A DNA stretch of 62,664 nt, the filler included, from Sphacelaria rigidula (taxonomy: Eukaryota), in assembly GCA_964200075.2 (NCBI GenBank). It is 10 parts of 10 records of this genome, joined end to end, with 100 filler letters (N's around TTAATTAATTAA, not from the genome) between each part and the next. Parts side by side here need not be neighbours in the genome. Positions count along the whole stretch, not along the records: positions 18,832 to 25,008 come from CAXNAA020021721.1; positions 25,109 to 31,284 come from CAXNAA020021722.1; positions 31,385 to 37,560 come from CAXNAA020021723.1; 7 more parts are not named here. One strand, 5' to 3'. Below are positions 22,717-35,056 of the stretch, piece by piece; position 1 is the first letter of the stretch, and the number at the start of each line of letters is the position of its first letter. Below the pieces are notes generated by a model. That model saw only the letters and a list, made by a program, of their open reading frames with translations, did no database searches and was not told the DNA's origin. The position numbers and the translations under genes were made by a program.

Positions 22717-25148
22717 GTGATGAGGGGATTTGTATACAGAATTTCATCAAGGATGCTCCTACAGAACGTTCCCACACATGGGCACCCGCATTTTGACTAG
22801 TGACCGTTTGAACCAGCGATGTCTTGTTCTTGTAGGGGGTGTTAAAAAAGGTGACCTTATCAATGGCGAAACACCGTGCGAACGCCTCCCGGGATGACAC
22901 GATGGACAACGACTTTCGGGCTGATACACACGTCGATATCTGGTGTTCGTGCTATCGAGAGTTGAAAAGTTGGTGCTGGACCTTTACCCACAATGACTCC
23001 CACATCAAACAAACGGGGCAATGGGAAGGGGGGGGGGGTCCTTTCAGTATGTGTCGAACAATTCACACCTCAGGGTAGCTGATGACGAATGAGCCGTGAT
23101 GACGGAAGCAACATCTGTTGTGTTGGCCATTCGACACTGAAGTGCGGTATAGCCAGAGTGGGTCAAGACCACGGCGATTTCCAAAGCAATCGTGTTGCCT
23201 ATGGTCACGGTGTGTCCTCCAAGAACAGCCAATTGTTCGTGTGACGCTCGTATGACCTTCGCCCACACCTCTCACGGCTTCAAGTGCAACGCTCTGTGAC
23301 AGAAGACAACACCCCCCACCCAGTTGAAAAGTTGTCAAGCTTCACTTTTGCGTGAAAGCCCGATCCGACACTCCTGCACAACCTCTTTTATCGGAGGATA
23401 TTGACGATATCTCTGAAACTACCTACCCTTCGGTGGCCCGGCCACCGCAGGTTTTCTGGCAATCGAGGTTGGAAAACATGAACTTATCATCCACAGGTGC
23501 TTGCTGCCCACAACACTAACACCGCTACCAAGAACCGTCGATCTCACCTTGTGGCAAGTCCGATCTGGATAGGTTGTGACTCCCTCGCTCTCACACTAGG
23601 GTGGCAGTCTTTCCCTTCTCTCCTCTACAGCGGGTACCCTTTGTTCTGCAGCTGCGGCAACGTAAGGGTGGTAGCTCTGAGCTGCGCTGTGCGGCATACA
23701 GTTGTTTTTCACGCAGTGTATACACCAGTAGACAAAAACTGTTTGCTGAAATTGAAATATTTTAATTCGTAGGACAAGAAGCTGCGCGCTCTGGGTCAGT
23801 CTAGAAACGAATTCAAGCTCTCACCATCATATCTCATCGACGCAGACGAATCGGACCGTGGTTCACGCCAATTTTTAATCGTCAAACATAGGGGAAGATG
23901 CATGTCTGCTCGAAAGGCTGGGCCATTTTTTCCCGTTGATTAAATGCCGTGCCGAGTCAATCGTGTAATGTGCAGAGATAGGGTCTTTACTAAAGTCTAT
24001 ACGAAACCCCGAACGAACGATACGAGTGTAGAGCTCTATCTACTAGCTTCCATCTGAAATTATAGAGGGTATTGGTAATTTTCTTGTAGTCGGCAATTTT
24101 CCATGATTTTTTTGCGTGTCATTGCTCATCCCAGCGAGTGGTTGATCCCAACGTTTGAGAGTCGGGAGATACTGGGCATCCGCTCCATATTCCGAACAAG
24201 AATCGTCTCTGCGCTCAAAATGTTGAACGTTTCGAGCCGGATTGACGGAGGGTGTTATTGACCGTTTTTGGGAAAAAGCACCTTTCTTCTCGGTCGTAGT
24301 GCGAAGAACATGTACAAATATAAAGCCAGGACTTGTAAAGGAATTCATGAGAGTGATCGGAGTTGATTCACCTCCGCCTATGCTATGCAGAGCTCGCGGG
24401 TGGGCAATCTTCGTCTTTGGATACTTTTCAATTTTTCTCTTGTAGTATCCGTTCTTGGCGCTTCAACGTCCTAGCGTCGATGGGTATTGCGAAAAGTAGG
24501 CCGCGCCCGAAACACAGTCCTCACTTGGTGTCGTCGGCGTGATACGCAGTAAGTTCCTCGTTCATCAGGGGGTATTATCGACCGTCACTGGTGAAAAACA
24601 CACAGTTTTGCGGCTCCAGCCCAAAGAAAAAGTGGAAATTATAAACAGCAATCATTTTCATTTGTTCACGAGAACGATTGGGATTGATTCAATCGAGCAA
24701 AATACTCAAGGGTCAGAACCAGGGGCTAGGTAGTCTCAGGACCCCCGAAAACCGGTCATCCCGTGAGTCCTTCAATAATTAGCGCAGGTGCGGTCTTATT
24801 TCGGGATGTGGAGGGGATGCCTACAGTAGCATCTCCCTACTCCCAAGATTTGGGGTCAAACGTTCACCGGAATGAGCGGTGGTACGCGAAGACACTTTCG
24901 AATATCCCAACCTACAAAAAAACTATCAAAATCTCCTATTAACAGCCGATCATCTATGTTGAGGATGGTGCTTTTCATTGAGGATGAGAACCCGGAGGAT
25001 TAAAATCTNNNNNNNNNNNNNNNNNNNNNNNNNNNNNNNNNNNNNNNNNNNNTTAATTAATTAANNNNNNNNNNNNNNNNNNNNNNNNNNNNNNNNNNNN
25101 NNNNNNNNGGGGGGGGGGGGGGGGGGGGGGGCGGGGGTGGGGTTGGGG

Positions 25149-25188
<40 letters not shown>

Positions 25189-25813
25189 GGAATAGTTGTT
25201 TTTTGTGGAGAGACAACGCCTACAAAAAAGAGGCCCTCACCACACATAAACCGCGTGTTACACTATTCGTGCATCACGTCACGATGAGCAAAGCTTTCCC
25301 GTCTGAGCACAACAGTGAAACAGTATCATCCTAGAAATAGGCGAAGCTATCGTATGCGGTCATTATGAATAACTGTTGCTGTTGACCAGCTGAACGACGT
25401 GCCCTGTTTGTTGGGGAATGTTTTGATTTTGTTTCCGAGGTTTGCGGGGGAAACCCCTCTTATGCCTCACCGCCTATTAGCTCAGAAGGACGAACATGAG
25501 TTGACACACAACCAACGCGCATAGAACCACAGTGGCTAGCTTGTTCCTTGAAAAAACCCTGCCGCTAGCAAATGCGCCGTGATGGCATTCGGGTATGTCG
25601 GTGAATGCTTTTAATAGCAACCATGGTCGGTAGCAGATGTGAGGCGAGGGCAGCCGTTGGCCCGACAGCACTTACAGCTAAATGATACGCTGAGGGCGAA
25701 CAGAGTTCACTCGCCTCGCTAAATCACTGTAAAATGATGCTGCACACCTATCGGCTGAACGCTTCTCTTTGACATCGCTTCTGCTAAGCGCCCACGTCCT
25801 TGCGTAAATCTAC

Positions 25814-25982
25814 CAAGGGTCGGACAAATAATGATTCGTCTGGAAATTACTTGGTTTTAGTATGATGAGTCAACTCGTGATGAATCANNNNNNNNNNCAA
25901 CTTTTTTCTCCCTTTTGGGCAGTCAGGCCGAAGAAATCGTTAATTTGGTGTTTTTGAGTCGTGATGATTTGTCCTAACCGTA
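25814..25982. mobile_element. hAT-like MITE (same family as 47367-47631); contains an internal N gap
   Basis: Termini CAAGGGTCGGACAAAT / ATTTGTCCTAACCGTA; flanks AAATCTAC and AAACCTAC (7/8 match, 8-bp TSD). Confidence 0.7.
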
Positions 25983-26109
25983 AAACCTACCACTGCAGAC
26001 ACCATCCTCCGAGAGTCCCCAGGACTGCCAGTGCACGCTTCTTTTGAACAGAATCCCAGGGCATTCAAGCGGTTAAAGCAGCGAGGTGCTCGGCATGGTA
26101 TGCACCAAC

Positions 26110-26216
26110 CTGTGTTGAAAGGAGCTTCGTGACCCGACCACCATCCGTTCCAACGAGCGTTTCCCTTCTCCGCGTACTCGTCAGGACTGAGCAAAAACTT
26201 GTTCATGGGGGCCGAG
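26110..26216 (-). CDS. Exon of YHS-domain-containing protein (C-terminal part)
   Basis: ttttcccatcAG|C..., phase-compatible with the upstream exon: SSAPMNKFLLSPDEYAEKGNARWNGWWSGHEAPFNT. Probable donor ACAG|GTTGGT, but the frame stays open to 25940, so the 3' boundary is uncertain. Confidence 0.7.
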
Positions 26217-26899
26217 CTGATGGGAAAATCACGTCAAGCACGCGCGCCGAGTGGAACATTAGGAGGGAGGTGGGGTAGGCAGGGATCCGATATTGATAGC
26301 ACATGTGTGGCTAGGTGTCCGGAAGTGCCGCATCTGGGCATACCCCAATCCATACCAAAGAGTGAGGAATGGATGCTGAATCGTGCGAAGCTGGATACCC
26401 GGAGCGAGTTCTACTGTGATTCTCACATATGCTTTCAGTTTTGAATCCGGGTGTAAAACAAGATGAAACCCAAAGGCGGTGCGGATGTTGACCTTGTGCT
26501 GTGCATGATACACGCGACAACAGCAAGCGGGGGGCTTAGCTCGTGTCTAAGGGAGCGCGACTTGATGGGACACCCGCAGAACGGCTCTGCTTTCCTGTAC
26601 CGCCCTTCTCCTGAAACAACAGGAGTGTACGGGGAAAATCTCAGACGATCTTGGCATGCTCATTCAATCCCCCCGGAGTTTACCACCGTACGACTACGCC
26701 ATGGAGCCATTTGCGAGGGGGACAGCACTGTGTATCACAGACAAGAAGAAATGTGACACCAACATTTGTGCGCGGCTACAACCCTCAACGACAGGGTGGG
26801 AGAAAAAATCTTTCTTACTCTGTTAAATCAAGTACTCCTGACTCGCGCAACAATCGCACGAACTCATATCCGATTCCACATCCACGGTAATATCCTCAC

Positions 26900-27051
26900 C
26901 TTCGGAACACACGCAGGGTTCCATCGGGCATGATCTTCCACTTGGAGGGATCTGCGAACGGTCCGAGATTGTCACGGTTCCACACCGTCTCCGCCGCAAT
27001 CCCAAACGAGCAAAAGCCTCCAAACGCTGGTAGATACGCCTCAGGATTCTC
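26900..27051 (-). CDS. Exon of YHS-domain-containing protein
   Basis: aaacAG|GAG...AG|GTGAGG, 152 nt: ENPEAYLPAFGGFCSFGIAAETVWNRDNLGPFADPSKWKIMPDGTLRVFR. Matches the family pattern PExYxPxFGGxCxxG...DPxxWxIxDGxL. Confidence 0.8.
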
Positions 27052-28792
27052 CTGTTTTTTTGAGAGGGCGGTTGTTTTGCAAAAGGAGAATAATATTATT
27101 AAGGCCTTTGCGTTGTACCTATACCCGCTCGATGATACATATTTGAAAAAAATTACACGACAGCATCCGAAGCACAGCGCTACCCCCAAGACCGTAGTGT
27201 GGATTCGCGTGGACATGATATCGCGCGTCGGATTCGGGCAGACGTGGCGACGAGAGGACAAGAACGGCATATAGACGTCTTTACATTTTTTTTTCCAGGT
27301 ATGTTGGACGGTTATCTCGAAATTCAAATCGAACCCCGACAACATGGCGCCCACCGATGTTCTTTATGTGTCGCAGGCATATAGCGCTGGCACGGACACG
27401 CTGATGCTAGCACTTCTGTCTGCACGGCTGTCTCCCCGATGCGACTTTTTTTCGTTTCATCACCAGTAGATCGGGCATCGCTGGTGTTCACGTGTAAGCC
27501 TGACACCCATTTGACTAGACAGGTTGCGACCTTGCTGCTCCCTGGGGCCACCGGCTAAACTAAACTATCGCAGGTGATGCCACAGGTGCAAGTACAGGGA
27601 CTGCAACCGGATAGTGACTGATGTAAGTGGCTTGATTTCGTCCAACATACAGTACGTACGCATTTCTAGTGGTGCCTTATCGTGGGGACGTACGACTGAT
27701 GAAGAGGTCTCAAGTCCTACTACAGCCCAAGCACTGGTAGCGGCGCATCTATTGCCTGCCTCTCGCCGAGGTGTGCGTGTTGAAGCCCCAATCGGCGCTT
27801 CTGCTGTCGCCACCGCAATCGATTAGTCTCAATCAGGCACCGCTCCATGTCGTCCCATCGGCGTACGGTATAAGTTGTACCGCTGTGCAAGGTTCCAGTT
27901 TCGTAACATAATACTGCTGATAGCTGTACACATACCATGCATATACAACGTACATCCACAGCCGACCACGGAATAGGAGAAACGTCACCGGATAGAGCTC
28001 GGGAAACGGTATGCATTGCTTGTATTTCGGCACACTAGTTTGATCATTAGAATCTACGCAGAGCGAAGGTGTGAAATCACCTCTGCCCCATCTGTCCCTT
28101 TAGGTTCCAGTGACGGGCAACAAGTGCCTTAGCACTGACGGTCAGAGTGCGACACAAGCAATAGCGCTAATCGGACCACAACCACAGCTGTGCATGGTGG
28201 ATAAAATACGTTTACCCGCCTCTCCCAGCCATGACAAAAGGCTGTCACATGCTCATCAGGTAAAAATGTTCCAGTTACTGCGCAAGTCGTGCTAACTGAG
28301 GGTATCCATCTTGCGTCCATCTCCACCTACAAGGGTCATTGTTCAAAATTCCTCGGACTGCCAGCGGCCCAAAACTACCAATTTGTGTGCAAGAAATGCA
28401 CAGTGATGCATCCATATGCAAGTACACGCGAAATGAGTATGTGCGTGAATAAAACGTACAATTTATGCACCCGAGGGCAAATAATGTGTGAATGACGTTA
28501 TACGCGGAATGGATAATGACCAAATACCACACCACCGGGCCCAGTTGGTTTGACTGGTGCACCAGTGCCAAGTCAGGCCCGAAGGTTTCGGCTTTGCATC
28601 CCAACAGGTTTATTTTATTCTTTTCCTGGCGGAATTTGGTTTCCGTCGTTTGAAAACATGAAGAGGTGAACAGCAAAAACTTGCTGACAGTCGACGCGAT
28701 GCGGGAGCGCTTATCGAATCCGCAAACACAAAAATGATCATGTATGTATCCGCGACACAAAAAATATCAGGTATATCTACACCGGAGGAGAA

Positions 28793-29116
28793 GTGAGATT
28801 ATTTCTCGAGACGCCGAACGCCATGACCGCAAGGTTCCGAGAACATGCGCAGCTGGCAGGGCTAGGAAGTACAAAGTTCACACTGCATTTATCTAGGGTG
28901 GGAGCAGCGGTGGCACGCATGATAGCCAGGCAGGATGTTGCTGCGGCCGTCCTGGCCGAAATCACGCAGAAATCGAGCAGGCGTGGATATATAGGGCAAG
29001 TAGCGCAGCCTGCAAGGCAGGGAGCGACGGTACTGGAAAGCACAGAAGCAAAGTACGCAGACACAAATGAGCTCGTGGTCAATCTTGATCCGGCTAAAGT
29101 CGGACTATTCAAGTGA
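28793..29116 (+). mobile_element. Decayed C-terminus of a tyrosine recombinase from a DIRS/Ngaro-type retrotransposon (Crypton not excluded)
   Basis: MTARFREHAQLAGLGSTKFTLHLSRVGAA (HxxR box) ...QKSSRRGYIG (degenerate WxS...Y box). No RT or upstream part on this scaffold. Confidence 0.65.
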
Positions 29117-31236
29117 TGAAAATATCGCTGCGGGCGCGCTGGATCGCGGGGGTAGTTGGTAGCATGAGCGCGCGGGCAGAGACAGTGCCTGACTAGGAAG
29201 TATGGGCGAGACGCCTGGTGCCTAGGGAAGTGTGGGGGGCGGCACCAACGGTGTCTGGAGAACTCGTTCCATCCGAATACTAACAGAGCAAAATGCGCAG
29301 AAAAATTGGGATGATTCGGTGTTTCGGGTTTCTACACCGAAATAGCGACGCCAGGAAAAAGGAACGAATCCCAAAAACGACCCCATAATGTAGATCGATC
29401 CCCGCACAAGCCTTCTGCTATCCGTAGGGAAAGAGGTAGTAGCTAGACCAGCCGTAAGGGGAAGTGGAGACGAAAGCATCTTGGGAGTTCCGCCCAACCC
29501 AGCAAATCCGCGGAAGCTGATCGACTGTTGACCCTTGCGCTCGAGAAAAAGGTTTCAAAACCCGTTTGTGAGTGCAAGGGGTCCTCTCAACCTGGTGAGG
29601 GAGCCTGCCGTTGCGGTAGGAGACCTCATTTCACCACAATACTAGAAGGACATGACGAGCAGGAAGGAACATACTGTAGTTCCAAGAAACAAAAAGGGCG
29701 GCGCGACACATTTTTGTTTTGCGCAGTAGCAGTAGAGCTACGCGAGCTCGTCGTCTAATCATCACGGTTGAGACACACATGATAGAAGTGTAGGAAATCA
29801 GATTCGGACCCTGAAAGGAGTGACAGTCTGAGGTGCCCCCACGTGAATATCTTGGGCTGCCTTTGACAGGCGCGCGATCGCCCTTTCACGGAGTTTTTTT
29901 TTTTTTACATTTCATTTGGTTCCAGAATAGGACAGAATGTACCTTGCAATTTGATTTTTTTTCCACGTATGGGTCGCGAGTACTCCAGCCCTGCCGATGC
30001 GCGGTTCGCATCGTACAGTCAGTAAGCACCACGGTACTCGTTGTACAATCACTAGGAACATACAGTACAGTTGTCAACTTCGTCGGGTATTCCGAGCCGC
30101 GAGAAATTTCGTGTATCAAGTGCTTCCTCCCTCCACAATGATATGGATCCTTTCCCATCCGGCGGCCTCAGCGATGGCGCAGGTCTGTAGCGCCACCTCG
30201 CCGCGCTGATGTGGACACCTCTTTTCCAAGGACGTCTGACCCTTTAGTTTCAGAATATTTCACACCTTAGAGCATGACCGTCTCCAATGGACACCGCGGA
30301 TAATGAATTGTAACCTCTGTAAAAAGCCTCCGTCAGGGCCCGTTCTAACGACAACAGAAATGTGATGGCGCGACGTGAGAGCGAGTGATTCTGGAGGTTA
30401 GGGGATTTTTTCTCGGGTGTCTCCGACTGGTTGCGAGTTAATGCCAAAATCCTCATTCACCCCGAAATCACCATCACGAACATCAACCATTTGGGAAATA
30501 ATTTTCGTGAGAGCAGATGAACATTTGCATGAAAATGCGAAGAGGAACGTCACATGGTTGCAAGGGGTGGGCTGTTCGGCTCTTCATGGAGCGCAAAGCT
30601 GGCTTTCCTATCACCAGCAGTAGCCACGCGTCGGAGATACACCCGACGTGCACAGCTCCCACAGAGAGATGCGCACAGCTATATCCCCCAGCACTTCGCC
30701 GAGTGCGCAAGCATGGACCCATCGACGCAGTAGTAAACCCTTTGACAGCGACCCCCCCGCAGATGGACTGAGTTGGACGATGCTACATTTGGGGTTCAGA
30801 ACTGCTTTTTTCTCGCTACACAAAACTGCTTCTTCATGAACATGCAAATATTCGTCATCTATATAGAGAATAGTCCCGGAGAACCCCTGACCAGTTTTGA
30901 CCCTGCAGTCAATTGCGTGCAGAGTCGGTATGTGTGTGTGCTGTATGTCTTTACTGGATACAACGGCAAGATACAGTATAAGTGTGCCATCGCTCTCCAC
31001 TGAACACAATTTACTGCATGCTGCTGATGCCTTTGCCTAGTGCTCACCAACACTACAGACAATGTAGCGCTACAGGCTGGTTCACCTCAAAGACCCAAAA
31101 ATCTGTCGTCAGCAAGTGCCTTCCGCAATACGCACCCAATCGGCGCATACATGGTATCATACTGACCGCGATGAACAGACGAGAAGCGTGACATAGCCGG
31201 ATTTATATTCAAGACTAAAAAAAAAAAACGACGTCA

Positions 31237-31284
31237 CAGTCGACGAGGGAAAGGGACTGCTGAACCCCTCTCCCGATAAAAAAT
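31237..31284 (+). mobile_element. SINE family A fragment cut by the scaffold end
   Basis: GTCGACGAGGGAAAGGGACTGCTGAACCCCTCTCCCGATAAAAAAT. Confidence 0.7.
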
Positions 31285-31431
31285 NNNNNNNNNNNNNNNN
31301 NNNNNNNNNNNNNNNNNNNNNNNNNNNNTTAATTAATTAANNNNNNNNNNNNNNNNNNNNNNNNNNNNNNNNNNNNNNNNNNNNTGGTTTGCGGGGGGTT
31401 CCGCTGCTGGGGGGGCGGGGGCGGGGGGGGG

Positions 31432-31463
<32 letters not shown>

Positions 31464-33420
31464 GGGGGGGGGGGAGGGGACCTGTGGTGGTCGAGGCTTT
31501 GATGGTCTTAGGCGGGTGTCGACGTCGCCTATGGATGGTCGGCTGGTCAAAGCCTGCGACTTTGGAGGGAGGCCTTGGTGCAGGATGCGGCGGGAGAGCG
31601 AGGCAACGATGCGCCGGATTCTAGGGGGAGAGTTGAATCTGCTCGGGGCGTGTCGCAGCAGAGACGGCCCCGGGTAAAATAAGCGTTGCTGTACTTCATC
31701 CGCCCGTCCGTGATCCCCCCGAACCATGGCGCGGCTGGGTATCACGGCGGCAATCAGCAGCCTTCCGGCCGGTACTTGTGGAGGCGATTACCCTCCGGTG
31801 TGGGCACTGGCCCCGGTACGTGGGCTAGTGCTACGGGTAGCGCCGGCCTTGGGCGCTGCGCGGTTACAAATAGTCTGGGATCCGACGGGGAGGGGCTAAG
31901 GTGCTGTGGCCTTTGAAGCATGCAGATGGGGGCCGTGACGTCCGCCGGGGCAGAGGATGGCGGGGCGCCACGAACACGCGCTCTCAACTCCGCGACGGGG
32001 CAGCGGGCGATGAGCATGGTGGGGGGAGGGGTGGTGGAAGGTAGCGGTGAAGAAGGCAAGGTCTCGCGGGGGCGGCCCTGGGGGGAAAGGCGGTGGCTCC
32101 ACCTTGCGCGGGGACTTTGGTCAGATGTGGGGCCGGTGTGGGAATGTTGAAGTGCGAGATCGATTTCAGTCATGGCGCGAGGGGTTCTCCTCCGCACAAG
32201 GTGGTTGCTGAATCGGAAAGCCCTCGGAGCCATCGTTTCTCTCAAGTGGGGATCAGGGACATCCTCGGTGAATGGATTGCTCCGCGTCCTGTTGCCAAGG
32301 GCTTCCACCATGTTTTTTCATGTCATGAACAATCGATGTCGCCGCTCGTCAGTGTCACGGGGCGGTGCCGGGGTGCCGGTGGGACTGTTACATCTCCCTG
32401 CAGTATGGTGTAGAGCTCCTTGGGGGGCAGGGGGGACTGGTACGTTTGCTTGGAGGCAGGGTAATGGCCTCGTGAAGCGTGGGGGACGTGGTGTGCGCCG
32501 AGCGGATTCGAGCACTGCACAAGGCGTCCAGCGCGATGACGGATTACTTGCCGGTGTATACTCGTACCAAATTCAACATTGCTATGATGATTCGTCCGGC
32601 CGCAGCTATCAACATTGGGTACAACCGTATCATCCATGCATCTTCTGCGGAATCTGGCGTTCATCTGGGATAGTCCGTCCCAAGCCACGCGGCGGGAAGC
32701 TATCGTATTCTTTGCTGTGGGGACCAGTACTCGATGTCGGTTATCTCGGGGTTTACCTCGTTTTTCTGTGGTCTTGGCTAAGCATTTCTTCAGTCTATCC
32801 CTTCTTTTTTTTTCACCTACAAAATTTTCTCCCTCATTTTTCCCGTTTCTCGAGCTTTTTTCAGCGGGGGGATTTCGTACGTTTGCCTTTGGTGTCTTCA
32901 TCTTGTGATTACGGCTGCGGTCGTAGCGTACCAGTTGATGCACGACAACAGTGTAATAAAGCAATTCATCTCGTGAAGTTAAAAAATGGAAGGAGGGGGG
33001 GATGAAATGATGTGAAAAAACGGACGGAATGTTGCGAAAAAATTAACGATGTCAAGGACCCAATCATGACTGCGAACCACGTGGGGGAATTCAAACAGAA
33101 AAAAGGGGGTTGGAAAGGGCCGGGTATGTATTGTGTGGCATATGATCATAGAAAAAACAACACTGATGAAAAATAGTGGAGTGTGATGAAACGATTTCTG
33201 CTCGTTTCCATCAGTGACGTGTGTTCAGGTTGAACGATTCTGACTACTCTCATCATCTGTATACGGCTTTCCACGTACAAAAACACATGCAACTGGAGCA
33301 TGACGCGCAACGCCCCGGAGTATGATGACACGCAGTGAACACCAGGATTGACGCGCAAGACACTGGCATGTGACGCATGCAGCACCGGAGTATGACAAAC
33401 ACCACCTGAAGATAACTGAC

Positions 33421-33617
33421 CTGCGGTTTGAGGCAGGAAGGATCCGTGCCTTCCTTCAGCCTCATGCGGACGACAAAAAACAGGTCGCTCTTCCCGAACA
33501 GAGCAGAGTGGGAGTGTCGAAACGCCAGAATCGACTCGAACTCCGCTTGCACGCCGGTCTCCTCCAACACCTCTCTCGCCGCCGCGTCGGGAATGTCTTC
33601 CCCGGAGTCCACCAAAC
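33421..33617 (-). CDS. Internal exon of a Nudix hydrolase (NUDT6 / plant NUDT2-10-like)
   Basis: gtgcAG|GT...CAG|GTCAGT. Complete Nudix box GLVDSGEDIPDAAAREVLEETGV (GX5EX7REUXEEXGU), followed by ILAFRHSH..LFGKSDLFFV as seen in this subfamily. Confidence 0.92.
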
Positions 33618-34010
33618 CTGCACACACGCGCACGGATGGAGCAAAATCGTCCCGTTTACGACGCATCTGATACCAGAATATATCCATATTTCGATATCTT
33701 TTTCGACCTTTTTCTTCTTCTTTAGCGGGCATTTCCGTTTTGTTCACAGTGGATACGTCTATTCTCGTGGTTATTGCTGCATCCCTCGAGGGGCAGTTCA
33801 TGTCCAACAAGCTCATCAATCCATCAATCAAGTAAGCGATGTAGTAGTTACCTTCCATCAGTACACACATATATATACGAAGTAAAGAAAAAACAAAAAC
33901 CAAAAAAAGTCATTGCTTTCATTGCTTCGAGATAGCTCGACGATCATCAGTAAACGAGCTTGCTGCACGGTCGGCGGCTGCTGCAGTCTGGGTAGACTTT
34001 CTCGGTTAAA

Positions 34011-34013
<3 letters not shown>

Positions 34014-34053
<40 letters not shown>
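34014..34053. repeat. (CA)n microsatellite
   Basis: About 20 CA units. Confidence 0.95.
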
Positions 34054-34056
<3 letters not shown>

Positions 34057-34806
34057 GAGCATATGAAGAGGATTTTCTGGAGCGTTGTGTCGGTGACTGC
34101 ATGAGGCGAACCTGAAAACACGGAGGGGGGGGAGAAAATGCAGTACCACATATTTCATTCAGTACCCCCGAAAAAATTCTTCACGGCGCTTTTGGAGGCA
34201 TGATTTTGACGAAACATGATGACAACACACGCTGTGGGGAAGGGGGCGAGGGGGTGGGGGATTTTGTGCTTCGCAGCAGCATCTCAGATCCTAAAAATAG
34301 ACAATGACAGTTGCCTCAGACAAACGGAGATGAAACGGCCGAAGCATGTCCAAACGGTTTCACTTTTTTGGGATCATATCTCAAAAAACCCACTGATCGC
34401 AGTGCGAATGAGGCCAAGGCACAGTGTTGCCTTTATCTTGTTTGTCAGCATGGGCATCAAAGTTATTCGTTCTAGTGTACGTGCCCTACTTTCTACATCT
34501 TGTTTCGTGCCTCTCTTGCGCAAACCCAGCCTGTAGAGCAGGTACGAGATATTTAAAAAGTGTTACCAAACCTCACCAGGTATGGCTGTTGCGAGGAACA
34601 ATAGTCTGGTCATAATTCAGGTTCACTGCAAGGGCAGTAAATCTGAAATCAAGTATGTGATGACCTACACATTTCTCAAGAAATACCTAAAAACAAAAGT
34701 CCTTCGGTGACCGACCGACACCACAGAGGCCGCATTGCCGAGCAACCCGTAAATGTCGTCTATCCGATTCTACGGATTTTACTGATAAATTCACTCAGCG
34801 AGTATT

Positions 34807-35011
34807 CAAGGGCAGGTCGAGTAGAGTATACTCAATTGCGGGGTATTTTGAAACCCGTACTTGAGGCACACAAATGGGGGGTAAGGTTCTAGGGATCGCT
34901 TTCCCGTTATTTTTCGGGTACGACTCTCAACACTCTACCCTACTTCGAGTACATCAAGTACGTCTTTCAAAATAACCTGCAATTGAGTATACTCTACTCA
35001 ACCTGCTCTTG
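34807..35011. mobile_element. MITE with ~60-bp TIRs and 8-bp TSD (hAT-like)
   Basis: CAAGGGCAGGTCGAGTAGAGTATACTCAATTGC... versus ...GCAATTGAGTATACTCTACTCAACCTGCTCTTG; flanks CGAGTATT and CAAGTATT (7/8). Confidence 0.8.
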
Positions 35012-35024
35012 CAAGTATTGCAAG

Positions 35025-35056
<32 letters not shown>

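Noticed and set aside
30120..30400. RNase H-like fragment AEAAGWERIHIIVEGGST
   Set aside because: Too short, lacks the catalytic Asp, and has no supporting neighbouring domain.
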